DNA from: Promethearchaeota archaeon
GTDB lineage: Archaea; Asgardarchaeota; Lokiarchaeia; Sigyniarchaeales; SOKP01
Reading direction: 5' to 3'
Assembly (NCBI GenBank): GCA_048938445.1
Contig: JBHLME010000054.1
Location: 1-28,677 of the forward strand
Length of the DNA: 28,677 nucleotides
The position numbers were made by a program, and so were the translations under genes. Position 1 is the first letter of the stretch. The number at the start of each line of letters is the position of its first letter. Below the pieces are notes generated by a model that saw only the letters and a program-made list of their open reading frames with translations, ran no database searches and had not been told where the DNA came from. Shown here piece by piece: positions 1 through 10,431 of this stretch.

Positions 1-1038
1 TATTTAACACTATTTGCTAGAACTCAGAATTTTGATAAATCTCTTCTTGAATCCGAGCTTTATTGGAATAGACATCTAGGTAAAATTCGTTGCATGCGTA
101 AAACACTATTTATTCACACGAAAGAAATGCTTCCAATCGCATATGCTGCAACTAAAAAGATTATTGAACAGTATTTTGATAAATTTTTTGAAATCTACGA
201 GATTTCTGAAGAAGAATATGAAACCTATTCCGAAAAAATATCATTTATTCTTAATGAAAATGAATTATCCACTTCTGAAATTAAAAAACGGTTAGATGGA
301 TACAAGAAAACCACACAACTCTTAGGATTAATGTGTGATCAAGGGATTTTAATTAGAGGAACTCCTGTTAAGGGTTGGAAAGACAGGCGGAATAATTATA
401 CACTATTTCGGAATTACTTTCCAGATATGAATCTTAAAAAATATGATGAAACAGACGCGTTGAACATCTTACTGAAGAAATATTTAATAACATATGGACC
501 GTCAACTGAAAATGATATTTCTTGGTGGTGTGGAATTGGTAAACTTAAAGTGAGGGACACATTAGATAAAGTTAAGGACGAAATTGAAATAGTTAAAATT
601 GAACGAATTAAACATGAATACCTCATTTTTAGGTCAGATATAGAAAAAATCGATAAAAATTCACCCTTTAAAGAAAATTCTGTTATATTTTTACCCATGC
701 TTGATCCCTACATCATGGGTTATAAAGATCGAGAGAGATATATCGATTATAAACATAATGCCTATGTATTTGATCGTTCGGGCAACGCAACATCAACTAT
801 AATGCATAATGGTACCATTATTGGGATTTGGGATAATACAGAAAAACCAGAACCAATGATAAAAGTTTTTCTATTTGAAGAAATTAATGAAGAGGTAAAA
901 AATTTAATTAAAATCAAAGCCAATGAGCTTGGTAAGTTCATACATGAAAAAGATGTCAATGTAAAAGAATGTAAGAAGATGGAACCTTTAACAAAAAGAA
1001 CTGCAGGAAATTTCATGACACCACTAAAAAATTGTTAA
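1..1038 (+). CDS. AlkZ/HTH_42-family winged-helix DNA glycosylase-like protein (5' end outside the window)
   Basis: Frame is open from base 1 (YLTLFAR...RCMRKTLF). Motifs YLxxYGP, DISWWCG, FLPMLDPYIMGYKDR and GTIIGIW match the AlkZ/YcaQ-like family. Confidence 0.75.
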   Translation, partial: YLTLFARTQNFDKSLLESELYWNRHLGKIRCMRKTLFIHTKEMLPIAYAATKKIIEQYFDKFFEIYEISEEEYETYSEKISFILNENELSTSEIKKRLDGYKKTTQLLGLMCDQGILIRGTPVKGWKDRRNNYTLFRNYFPDMNLKKYDETDALNILLKKYLITYGPSTENDISWWCGIGKLKVRDTLDKVKDEIEIVKIERIKHEYLIFRSDIEKIDKNSPFKENSVIFLPMLDPYIMGYKDRERYIDYKHNAYVFDRSGNATSTIMHNGTIIGIWDNTEKPEPMIKVFLFEEINEEVKNLIKIKANELGKFIHEKDVNVKECKKMEPLTKRTAGNFMTPLKNC

Positions 1039-1094
1039 AAATAATTAAAAATATTATTTTAATATCATAACTTAATTAGAAATTTTAGATTCCA

Positions 1095-1910
1095 ATGTCA
1101 GATTATAAAAAAATTGTACCCTGTTTAGATGTAAAAGACGGAAGAGTAGTTAAAGGAATTCAATTTGTCAACTTGAGGGATGCTGGAGATCCTGTCGAAT
1201 TTGGAAAATATTACGAAGAAGAAGGCGCTGATGAGCTAGTATTTTTAGATATTACCGCAACTGTTGAAAAAAGAAAAACTGTTGTGGATTTAGTGAAAAA
1301 AGTGGCGGAAGGTGTATCAATTCCCTTTGCTGTAGGTGGAGGTATCGCATCAATAGAGGATGTTCAAGCAATTTTAGATGCAGGAGCTGATAAAGTGTCA
1401 TTAAATAGTGCCGCAGTGAGAACTCCTGAATTATTATCTGAAATATCTAATCAATATGGACCTGAACGTCTTGTTTGTGCTATTGATGGTAATAGAGTAT
1501 ATGTTAATTCTAGAGATGAAGCGCCTGATAAAACTCTTTTTGAGGTAGAGGATAAATTTTGCTGGTTTGATGTCATGACTCATAGCGGTACAAAATCAAC
1601 GGGAATGGATGCAATTCAATGGGCAAAAAAAGTAAAAGAACTTGGAGTAGGAGAGATATTACCTACTTCAAAAACATATGATGGAACCAAGGATGGATAT
1701 GATTTAGAAATGACTCGAGGAATTGCTGAAGCAACTGGACTCCCAGTAACAGCCTCTGGAGGCGCAGGCACCTTACAACATATATTAGAAGCATTTACTA
1801 TAGGAAAAGCAGCAGCAGCATTAGCGGCATCTATTTTTCACTTTCGAGAAATAACAATAAAGGAATGTAAAGAATATTGTGTTAAAAATGGAATTCCAAT
1901 GAAAGTATAA
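1095..1910 (+). CDS. hisF: Imidazole glycerol phosphate synthase cyclase subunit HisF, divergent paralogue
   Basis: [51 protein letters not shown]; both catalytic Asp positions present. Confidence 0.93.
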   Translation: MSDYKKIVPCLDVKDGRVVKGIQFVNLRDAGDPVEFGKYYEEEGADELVFLDITATVEKRKTVVDLVKKVAEGVSIPFAVGGGIASIEDVQAILDAGADKVSLNSAAVRTPELLSEISNQYGPERLVCAIDGNRVYVNSRDEAPDKTLFEVEDKFCWFDVMTHSGTKSTGMDAIQWAKKVKELGVGEILPTSKTYDGTKDGYDLEMTRGIAEATGLPVTASGGAGTLQHILEAFTIGKAAAALAASIFHFREITIKECKEYCVKNGIPMKV

Positions 1911-2059
1911 CTTATTTTATTTCTTATTTTTATATTTCTTTAATTAAATTAATTAAATTAATATAACTCGAAGAAAACTTCAAGTATGCATATTTTAAAA
2001 GAGTAAATCTAAAATATTTTCTAATATTTTCAAATATAGAAAATTAATAAATATGTATT

Positions 2060-2884
2060 TTGATTAAATTGCCCCTTACTAAACGTATCATACCTTGTCT
2101 TGACGTAACAGAAGGTCGAGTTGTAAAAGGAACTAAATTCATAAACCTCAAGGATGCAGGGGATGCTGTCGAATTAGGTGCATTTTATGATGAACAAGGA
2201 GCAGATGAATTGGTATTTTTAGATATTACAGCCTCCTCTGATAAAAGGAAAATACTCATAGATTTAGTAGAAAGAACTGGGGAAGAGGTTTTCATCCCCT
2301 TTACTGTTGGTGGTGGATTACGTTCTGTTGTAGATATTAAAGAAATATTGAGAGCGGGAGCAGATAAAATATCTTTAAATACCGCAGCAGTAAAAAATCC
2401 TGAATTAATTAAAGAAGGTGCTAAAATTTTTGGTTCTCAATGCATTGTCACTGCGATTGATGCAAAAAGAGTCTATGTGAATTCACCTGAAAATGCGAGA
2501 GATAAAATTGTAATTCAAATTGGAGAAAAGTATTGTTGGTGGGAAGTATATATACACGGCGGAAGAACTCCAATGGGTATTGATGCCATTCAATGGGGTG
2601 AGCAAGCTACTAAACTTGGAAGTGGTGAAATACTCCTTACATCAATGGACATGGATGGTGTAAAGCAAGGATTTGATTTAGAACTTACTCGAGAATTTAG
2701 TGAGAGATTGGATGTTCCAATAATTGCATCAGGAGGTGCTGGAAATCCACAACACATAATAAATGCATTCATAATTGGAAAAGCTGATGCTGCTCTTGCG
2801 GCTTCAATATTTCATTATAATGAATATCCCATAGAAATTGTTAAAAAAGAATGTGCGAATGCTGGAATTCCCATGAGGTTGTAA
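2060..2884 (+). CDS. hisF: Imidazole glycerol phosphate synthase cyclase subunit HisF, canonical copy
   Basis: [39 protein letters not shown]; ends 3 nt before hisH. Start is TTG and is uncertain. Confidence 0.96.
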   Translation: MIKLPLTKRIIPCLDVTEGRVVKGTKFINLKDAGDAVELGAFYDEQGADELVFLDITASSDKRKILIDLVERTGEEVFIPFTVGGGLRSVVDIKEILRAGADKISLNTAAVKNPELIKEGAKIFGSQCIVTAIDAKRVYVNSPENARDKIVIQIGEKYCWWEVYIHGGRTPMGIDAIQWGEQATKLGSGEILLTSMDMDGVKQGFDLELTREFSERLDVPIIASGGAGNPQHIINAFIIGKADAALAASIFHYNEYPIEIVKKECANAGIPMRL

Positions 2885-2887
2885 AGA

Positions 2888-3517
2888 ATGACACTAAAAA
2901 TTGTTATAATCGATTACGAAATGGGTAATTTAAAGAGCATTTACAAGTGTTTGAAACATTTGGGTATTGAATCAATAATAACTGACAATTCTAAGATAAT
3001 ATTAGATGCAGATGGAGTAATTCTTCCAGGTGTCGGAGCTTTTGGAGATGCGATGAAACATTTAAAGCAAAAGAATCTCATTCATATAATAAAAGAAGTC
3101 GCAGAAAATCAAGTTCCATTATTTGGGATATGTTTAGGTCAGCAACTTCTCTTTTCAAAAAGCCATGAAATGGGAGAACATGAGGGTTTAAATTTAATTA
3201 AAGGAGAAGTAATTCAATTTGATATTTCAAAAGTTGATAAAGTCCCACAAATTGGATGGAATAGCGTGGAATTCGTTGATAAAGATCATTTTTTAGTTGA
3301 AAGAGTTCCTAATAACTCCTATTTTTATTTTGTACATAGTTATTATGTAGTTCCATGTGATAATAGTGATATTCTAGGTTTAACAAGATTTGGAGAGATT
3401 GAATATAGTTCAATAATTGGTAGAAAAAATATTGTTGCTACTCAATTTCATCCAGAAAAGTCGAGCAAGTATGGAATTCAAATGTATCAAAATTTTATCC
3501 ATTTTTGTAAAAAGTAG
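2888..3517 (+). CDS. hisH: Imidazole glycerol phosphate synthase glutaminase subunit HisH
   Basis: IDYEMGNL, LPGVGAF, GICLGQQ (catalytic Cys), YFVHSY, QFHPEKS (His-Glu). Confidence 0.96.
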   Translation: MTLKIVIIDYEMGNLKSIYKCLKHLGIESIITDNSKIILDADGVILPGVGAFGDAMKHLKQKNLIHIIKEVAENQVPLFGICLGQQLLFSKSHEMGEHEGLNLIKGEVIQFDISKVDKVPQIGWNSVEFVDKDHFLVERVPNNSYFYFVHSYYVVPCDNSDILGLTRFGEIEYSSIIGRKNIVATQFHPEKSSKYGIQMYQNFIHFCKK

Positions 3518-3604
3518 AGCAATCATTTTTACTTTTTCGCCAAAATCTTTTTTAATTTCTATAATTTCATTATAATAATTTACCTTTTTTTAGGGGTTGT
3601 TAAT

Positions 3605-6571
3605 ATGAAATTTAATAAAAAAACGATTGTAAGCTTTATATTAAGTTTTATTATTTTCTCAATGATTTTGGGAAATTCCGCCATATCTAACAATATTCAA
3701 GGGAACAATGATTCACAAACATTTGATTTAACTCAACCAAAAAGCTCAGATTTCTGGACGGGATTTACTTTCATACATATTACTGGTGCTAATTGGTCAA
3801 CAGCTGCGGGTTATGATTGGTGTTCTGGAAATGGAACTTATGCAAATCCTTATGTCATAGAAAATATTACTATAAATGCTGGTACATCACCTACGGGAAG
3901 CGGTATTTTGATTCAAAATTCAGATGCTTTTTTTAAAATTAGAAACTGTACCATAATTAATGCAGGTGTATGGCCAGCTGCAGGAATACGTCTTGATAAT
4001 GCGAATAATGGAACTCTTATTGAAAATAACTTAACTTTAAATCAAGGTCCTGGCATTGTTGTATATCAGAGTAGTAATAATACTATCTTCAATAATACTG
4101 CGATTAATAATTCTGGATATGGAATTATTTTAGCACAAAGTAATGAAAACAGAGTTTTGGAAAATTATGCATATTATAATAGACAAGATGGAATAAGGTT
4201 ATACTTAAGTGATTTAAACAACGTCAGCTACAACACGGTCGAAGATAATGATGGGGATGGATTTTATGTACAAGATAGTTATTGGAATGATTTTATTGGA
4301 AATGAAATAATCTTTAATGATGGACGAGGATTTCACATGTATGTCGGTGATAACAATGAGATAATAGGTAATAATTTAACAAGTAATAATAATCGAGGAA
4401 TTCTACTTGCTTCTCTTTCTGGTAGTGAATGTCTTAATAATAACATCTCAAGTAACGTGTTTGAAAACAATAATGGTTATGGAATTGATATTCAAAGTTA
4501 TAGTGACAATAATCTATTCTATAACAATAGCTTTATTAATACAATAGGAACTCACGCTCGAGATAATGGTGCTAGCAATACTTGGGATTTAAATGGTTTA
4601 GGCAATTATTGGGATGACTATACTGGTTATGATTTAGATAATGATGGTATAGGAGATACACCCTACAGCATTAGTGGAGGCTCACAGGATTTATACCCAA
4701 TTTGGGATGATGGAAATCACACCTACTGGAATATGTCTCCCATTAGTATTGATGGTGATGGGGCTAATAATTGGACATGGGCTAAGAAATATGAATGGTG
4801 TAATGGTGCAGGTACATGGTCAGATCCATATATTATTGAAAACGTTACGATAGATGCGAATGATGCTGGTTATTGCATAAGGATCGTTGATTCAAGCGCT
4901 TATTTCATCATAAGGAACTGCACATTATATGACGCATCGACTGTTAGCGGTTATAATATTTATTGTGATAATGTAAATAATGGAACCATATACAACAACA
5001 CTTGTTATGATTCTCGCTATGGATTATGGTTTGATACATGTAGAAATTTTACCATTGAAGATAATATCATCCATACTATCACTCGCTATGGAATGTATAT
5101 TTACTTAACAGAAACATCGGAAATAATAAATAATACAGTCACCGCTTCGCAAAGAGATATAGGCCTATACAATTCTCAATATATCAATATGTCTTACAAT
5201 AAAATGCTTTCTAGTGGATTATGGATGTGGACCAGTATACTCCAGACAGCAAACACTCATAATATCGACACTACTAATACTTTGAATGGAAAAATAGTAT
5301 ATTATTATAAGAATGAGAATAATTTGGATCAGAATAACTTTACAAATGCTGCTCAAATCTTTTTAGGTGGTTGCTCAAATTCTAATATCACTAATATCAA
5401 TATCACAACAGGTATTAGAGCTATATCTCTACACCACTCTACGAATATAATCGTCTCAAATTGTAATATTACCAGCAATAGCGAAAATGGTATATACCTT
5501 CAAAATAGTGATAACAATGTTATTACCAACAACTATATCCAGAATCCAGGAAACGGTGTTGAACTTTATTATTATTCTGATAATAATAATATAACAAATA
5601 ATAACATATACGATACTGTTTATGGTGTGTATTTTTATTATATCTGTGTTGGAAATAGAATCATAAATAATGACATTAATCGAACAGCTGGAAATGGAAT
5701 CCTTCTCAGTTATCAATGTGATAATAGTCTAATTGATTCGAATAATGTCACTTTAGCATCAAATCATGGAATAGAACTTAGAAATGAGTGTGACAACTGC
5801 AATATTACCAAAAATATCATTAAAGACGGGTCTTCAGATGGTATAAATATTAATGACGAGTGCAATAGCAATGAAATATGGGAAAATGCAATCATAAACA
5901 ATGATATAGGATTATCCATCGAAAATCCTGGAATAGAATCAAATCTAAATCTAATATACAACAATACATTTGAAGCTAACAATCTTCATGGATTCGATGA
6001 TTGTTCAAATAATAATTGGAATAATTCAATTATAGGAAATTCCTGGGACAATACAACTGATGCTGACGATGATGGCCTTCCAGATATATATAATCCTTAT
6101 CCTATAAGTGGAGCTGGAAATGCAATAGATTACTTACCTTGGAGAGATGATGGTGATGATAATGCTCCCACTATTACGTTAGTCTCACCCTCACAATATT
6201 TTGAAACAAAGAATGCACCTCTAGTTAATGTAACTTTCTATGATTATTATGGAGTGAATGATACATGGTATCAATATTTAGGATATTCTGGAAATATTTC
6301 ACTTTCTGGGAATGCATTCCAAGTCGATCCTACAATATGGAGTCAATTGCAGGGAGGATCTCTTTTGACAATCAGAATATATGCTAATGACACTAGTGGT
6401 CAAGAGAATTACGTGGATTTAATCATTAAAAAAACTGGAGAATCTCCGCCAGATGGGATACCATGGGATCTTATAGTTTTGATAGTAGTGGGATGTTCAT
6501 TAGGAATCGGAGCATTGATAGGGATAGGACTTTTTCTAAGGTTTAAAAAGAATAAAAGAGTTAATAATTAA
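3605..6571 (+). CDS. Secreted, membrane-anchored parallel beta-helix (NosD/pectin-lyase-like) surface glycoprotein
   Basis: N-terminal signal peptide, many GIxL-xxS-xxN-xI-xxN repeats, two GNxWD...DxDxDG...PY motifs, many N-x-S/T sequons, C-terminal TM helix followed by a basic tail. Confidence 0.85.
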   Translation: MKFNKKTIVSFILSFIIFSMILGNSAISNNIQGNNDSQTFDLTQPKSSDFWTGFTFIHITGANWSTAAGYDWCSGNGTYANPYVIENITINAGTSPTGSGILIQNSDAFFKIRNCTIINAGVWPAAGIRLDNANNGTLIENNLTLNQGPGIVVYQSSNNTIFNNTAINNSGYGIILAQSNENRVLENYAYYNRQDGIRLYLSDLNNVSYNTVEDNDGDGFYVQDSYWNDFIGNEIIFNDGRGFHMYVGDNNEIIGNNLTSNNNRGILLASLSGSECLNNNISSNVFENNNGYGIDIQSYSDNNLFYNNSFINTIGTHARDNGASNTWDLNGLGNYWDDYTGYDLDNDGIGDTPYSISGGSQDLYPIWDDGNHTYWNMSPISIDGDGANNWTWAKKYEWCNGAGTWSDPYIIENVTIDANDAGYCIRIVDSSAYFIIRNCTLYDASTVSGYNIYCDNVNNGTIYNNTCYDSRYGLWFDTCRNFTIEDNIIHTITRYGMYIYLTETSEIINNTVTASQRDIGLYNSQYINMSYNKMLSSGLWMWTSILQTANTHNIDTTNTLNGKIVYYYKNENNLDQNNFTNAAQIFLGGCSNSNITNINITTGIRAISLHHSTNIIVSNCNITSNSENGIYLQNSDNNVITNNYIQNPGNGVELYYYSDNNNITNNNIYDTVYGVYFYYICVGNRIINNDINRTAGNGILLSYQCDNSLIDSNNVTLASNHGIELRNECDNCNITKNIIKDGSSDGININDECNSNEIWENAIINNDIGLSIENPGIESNLNLIYNNTFEANNLHGFDDCSNNNWNNSIIGNSWDNTTDADDDGLPDIYNPYPISGAGNAIDYLPWRDDGDDNAPTITLVSPSQYFETKNAPLVNVTFYDYYGVNDTWYQYLGYSGNISLSGNAFQVDPTIWSQLQGGSLLTIRIYANDTSGQENYVDLIIKKTGESPPDGIPWDLIVLIVVGCSLGIGALIGIGLFLRFKKNKRVNN

Positions 6572-6595
6572 TTTTTTTTTTTTATCTATTTTTTT
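6572..6595 (+). terminator. Oligo-T archaeal-type terminator
   Basis: Long T run immediately after the stop codon of the surface-protein gene. Confidence 0.5.
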
Positions 6596-6657
6596 AAAGG
6601 AGAGTTATCAGATTAATAATTTTATTTAAAAATTTTCTTTCAAATTAAGTACTTATT

Positions 6658-8055
6658 ATGGGTGGTCTATTCGGAGTTTATTCAAGTGGCGATTGTGTTA
6701 AGGACCTTTTTTATGGAACGGATTATCATTCCCATTTAGGAACGAGAAGAGGGGGCCTTGCCGTGAAAAATTCAGTTGGGTTTCAAAGATATATCAAGGA
6801 CATCACGAATGCTCAATTCAGATCCAAGTTTGAGAAAGACATAAAGAACATGCATGGAAATAAAGGCATAGGTGTAATCAGTGATACTGATGACCAACCT
6901 TTGATAATCAACTCACATTTAGGCGTGTTCGCAATTTCTACAGTAGGTAAGATAAATAATTTGGAGGAATTAGCGGATGAGGCATTAAAGAATGGAGCAC
7001 ATTTCTCAGAGATGCAAGGGGGGGAAATTAATCCAACCGAAATGGTTGCAACGATAATAAGTCAGGGTAGCACCTTTGAAGAAGGGATCAAAAAAGTTCA
7101 AGAAATGATTGATGGATCATGTACCATACTTATATTGACAAATGAAGGGATCTATGCCGTGCGAGATAAACTTGGGCGAACGCCACTCATTATAGGTGAG
7201 AAATTAGGATCATATGCTGTTACAATGGAAACTTGTGCATTTCCAAATCTTAAATATAAAATAATAAAATATCTTGGACCAGGAGAAGTGATTTTCATTG
7301 GTAAGAATGGTCTCACACAAAAAATTATACCAGGAAATCGACTGCAAATATGTTCATTCTTATGGGTATATTACGGATATCCCGCATCTAATTATGAAGG
7401 TATTAATGTAGAATATGTTCGATATAAGTGTGGTTCTTTTCTAGCAAAAAATGATGATGTGGAAATAGATCGTGTTGCTGGAATTCCCGACTCGGGAACA
7501 GCACATGGTTTGGGATATTCATCAGAGGCAAACATTCCTTTTTCTCGTCCTTTTATAAAATATACTCCCACATGGCCTCGAAGCTTCATGCCTCAAGAAC
7601 AAGAAATTAGAAATCAAGTTGCGAAAATGAAACTCATTCCGGTTAAGGAACTCATTAAAGACAAACGTCTCCTTTTCTGTGAGGATTCAATCGTGAGAGG
7701 CACTCAATTAAGAAAAGCAATTCAAAGGATGTATGACGCTGGAGCTAAAGAAATTCACATGAGACCTGCATGTCCTCCCCTTGTATATGGTTGTAAGTTT
7801 TTAAATTTTTCAAGGTCTCGTTCTGAATTAGACTTAGCAGGGAGATGGGCAATTAAAGAATTATTAGGGAAGGAAATCAATGATCCAGCAGAATATACAG
7901 ATCCTGAATCTGATAAATATAAAGCAATGGTAGAAGTAATTCGAAATAGATTAAAATTGACAACTTTAAAATATCAAAGGCTTGAAGACTTGGTTAAAGC
8001 CATTGGATTGCCAAAAGAGAAGCTTTGTACGTATTGCTGGGATGGCGTGGAATAA
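6658..8055 (+). CDS. purF: Amidophosphoribosyltransferase-like protein lacking the N-terminal nucleophile Cys
   Basis: RDKLGRTPL, GIPDSG, EDSIVRGT, RPACPP, CTYC; N-terminus is MGGLFG instead of CGxxG. Confidence 0.85.
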   Translation: MGGLFGVYSSGDCVKDLFYGTDYHSHLGTRRGGLAVKNSVGFQRYIKDITNAQFRSKFEKDIKNMHGNKGIGVISDTDDQPLIINSHLGVFAISTVGKINNLEELADEALKNGAHFSEMQGGEINPTEMVATIISQGSTFEEGIKKVQEMIDGSCTILILTNEGIYAVRDKLGRTPLIIGEKLGSYAVTMETCAFPNLKYKIIKYLGPGEVIFIGKNGLTQKIIPGNRLQICSFLWVYYGYPASNYEGINVEYVRYKCGSFLAKNDDVEIDRVAGIPDSGTAHGLGYSSEANIPFSRPFIKYTPTWPRSFMPQEQEIRNQVAKMKLIPVKELIKDKRLLFCEDSIVRGTQLRKAIQRMYDAGAKEIHMRPACPPLVYGCKFLNFSRSRSELDLAGRWAIKELLGKEINDPAEYTDPESDKYKAMVEVIRNRLKLTTLKYQRLEDLVKAIGLPKEKLCTYCWDGVE

Positions 8056-8081
8056 TAATTAAAATCATTCAAAATAATATC

Positions 8082-9602
8082 TTATGATCTATGCATTTTT
8101 AATGAATTCTCAAATTCAGCAAGATGATCTATAGTTTCAATAGGATATTTTCCAGTCAAGCATGCCAAACATAGCTGATCCTCACGTAATCCAATTGATT
8201 TTACTAAATCCTCCAATGTATTGTACAATAACGAGTCAGCACCGATAGTTTTCCTAATTTCTTCAATATAACCATCAGCATGTAGTCGTTTAGTCCTCCC
8301 TGCAATTAATTCTTCCCGCGTTGGAAAATCTATTCCCATGTAGCAAGCGCTTATAACCGGAGGACAACTAATTCTAACATTTACAGATTTAGCTCCAACT
8401 GCTCTAATTAAAGAAATTATTTGCTTGGTTGTTGTTCCCCGAACAATTGAATCATCTATTAATATGACGTGTTTTCCTTCAATGACGTGCCTAATTGGAT
8501 TTAATTTTTCTTTTACAGCATCATCTCTTTTTTTTTGGCCAGGCATGATGAATGTCCTCCACACATAACGATTTTTCATCAAACCCTCTATATAGGGTAA
8601 GCCAGACTCTTTAGCATATCCCACGGAGGCACTCCTTCCAGAATCAGGTACGGGGACCACAATTGCATCTTTCTTAAAATTAGGATCTTTTAATAAGGGA
8701 TCATTTTTAGCTAAATAAATACCTAAATTTATTCTGGCTGAAGCAACAGAAATTCCATCGATTATAGAATCTGGTCGTGCAAAATATATGAATTCAAACT
8801 GACATCGTGCGGTCCTGTTAGATTTTAAAATCATTTCAGAATGAATGTCTTTTTGATGGCTTAAATGAACAATTTCTCCAGGTTTCACGTCTCTTAAAAA
8901 TTTACCGCTAACAGCATCGATTGCACATGATTCAGAAGCGATAAAATAGAGGTTTCGTTTTTCCGTCTTTAATTCTCCAATACATAACGGTTTAAATCCA
9001 AGTGGGTCTCTCATGGCATAAATATCACCGCTCGGAGTTAATAATAGCAAGGAATAAGAACCTTCTAAAAATCTACTTGCAACTTTTAATATCTCGACCC
9101 AATCTTCTGTTCCTAAAGCAATTGAAGCAATTAATTGTGCCATTACCTCGGTATCAGTGTTTGTTATAAATACCCTCCCCATATCATCCATTTTTTCTTT
9201 AATATCATCATAGATCGGTATGGTTCCATTAAACGCAATTGCAAATTCAATTTCATTATTCTTATAATGAAAAGGTTGAATATAGTGGTATGATGAAAAT
9301 TCTGAAGAACCTGTTGTCGCATATCTATTATGACCTATGCCAACATTGCCCCAGAACTGAGATAAGCGCTTTTTATTCAAGACTTTTGAGACTAATCCCT
9401 TTTTTTTATAAGTATGAATCCTAGTATCGCCAGTATATACGATTGAAACTCCAGTAGATTCTTGGCCTCGATGTTGTAGAGCAATAAGTCCATTATACAA
9501 AAGTTTTGATACAGAATAACCCATATCATCACATGTAACACCAAAAACAGCACATTGTTCGACGGGTTTGTCTCTCATTGTCTTTGTTTTTTTTTTAACC
9601 AT
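8082..9602 (-). CDS. purF: Amidophosphoribosyltransferase (canonical, with propeptide and Fe-S cysteines)
   Basis: Propeptide then CAVFG, LQHRGQE, GHNRYATTG, RDPLGFKPL, CQFEFIYFARPDS, DDSIVRGTT, CYMGID, CLACLTG. Confidence 0.96.
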   Translation of the reverse strand: MVKKKTKTMRDKPVEQCAVFGVTCDDMGYSVSKLLYNGLIALQHRGQESTGVSIVYTGDTRIHTYKKKGLVSKVLNKKRLSQFWGNVGIGHNRYATTGSSEFSSYHYIQPFHYKNNEIEFAIAFNGTIPIYDDIKEKMDDMGRVFITNTDTEVMAQLIASIALGTEDWVEILKVASRFLEGSYSLLLLTPSGDIYAMRDPLGFKPLCIGELKTEKRNLYFIASESCAIDAVSGKFLRDVKPGEIVHLSHQKDIHSEMILKSNRTARCQFEFIYFARPDSIIDGISVASARINLGIYLAKNDPLLKDPNFKKDAIVVPVPDSGRSASVGYAKESGLPYIEGLMKNRYVWRTFIMPGQKKRDDAVKEKLNPIRHVIEGKHVILIDDSIVRGTTTKQIISLIRAVGAKSVNVRISCPPVISACYMGIDFPTREELIAGRTKRLHADGYIEEIRKTIGADSLLYNTLEDLVKSIGLREDQLCLACLTGKYPIETIDHLAEFENSLKMHRS

Positions 9603-9720
9603 TGTTTTTCTAAATAAGAGAGAATTATGATTATCTACAATTAAAATAAGTAATTATAAGTTTAATAAATTATTTCGATTATATAAAAAGTTATTATTAA
9701 CCATTATGTTTTTTTCATAA

Positions 9721-10398
9721 GTGCATGAAATGAGCGTGGAAAGTGAAAAAATAGCATTTACCGTATTAATAGGAGGGAAAAGCACTCGGTTCGGGAGTGA
9801 TAAAGGTCTTTTTGAATTTGGTGGAAAGCCCCTCTTATCCCATCAACTTAACATTTTATATAAATTTGATAAAGATATTTTTTTAGTAGCACATTCTGAA
9901 GAACAAGTTAATGAATATAAAAAAAGGATACGCTTTAGAGAAAATGATATCTTTCTTATAGATAATTTAGATATCGTTGAGGATAAAGAAATTAGAACAC
10001 CCATGATCGGATTATATACTGCCTTTAAAGAATTAGACACTAAAGGGTTTGATAAAACCTTTGTTTTTTCATGTGATACCCCCTTAATAAAATATGAAGT
10101 AGTTGATCTGATACTAAGACAAGCAAGCGGATATGACTGCTATATTCCAAGATGGGAAAATTTTTATCTTGAGCCTTTATTAGCAATTTATCCCGTGAAA
10201 AAAGCATTCAAGATGGCGGAAAAAAGCATAAAAAATAACATTTACAAGCTTATTGATCTTTTAAGCGAAGATTGGAGGATATATTACATCTCAGTTGAGG
10301 ATAAAATAAAACCATTAGATGAAAAACTTCATAGTTTTATAAACATTAATGGGCCAATTGATCTTGAGAAACTAATGAAAAATTTTAAGAAAGAATAA
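9721..10398 (+). CDS. mobA: Molybdenum cofactor guanylyltransferase
   Basis: LIGGKSTRFGSDKG, PMIGL, CDTP, EPLLAIY, FININ; the start may be the ATG at 9730. Confidence 0.88.
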   Translation: MHEMSVESEKIAFTVLIGGKSTRFGSDKGLFEFGGKPLLSHQLNILYKFDKDIFLVAHSEEQVNEYKKRIRFRENDIFLIDNLDIVEDKEIRTPMIGLYTAFKELDTKGFDKTFVFSCDTPLIKYEVVDLILRQASGYDCYIPRWENFYLEPLLAIYPVKKAFKMAEKSIKNNIYKLIDLLSEDWRIYYISVEDKIKPLDEKLHSFININGPIDLEKLMKNFKKE

Positions 10399-10431
10399 AT
10401 TACTAATGTTTAATTCCAACAAAAAAAGTAT

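Noticed and set aside
414-1016. Short antisense ORFs here and inside other long genes (e.g. 5456-5982, 17969-18286, 23232-24597)
   Set aside because: Shadows of well-supported genes on the opposite strand or in another frame.
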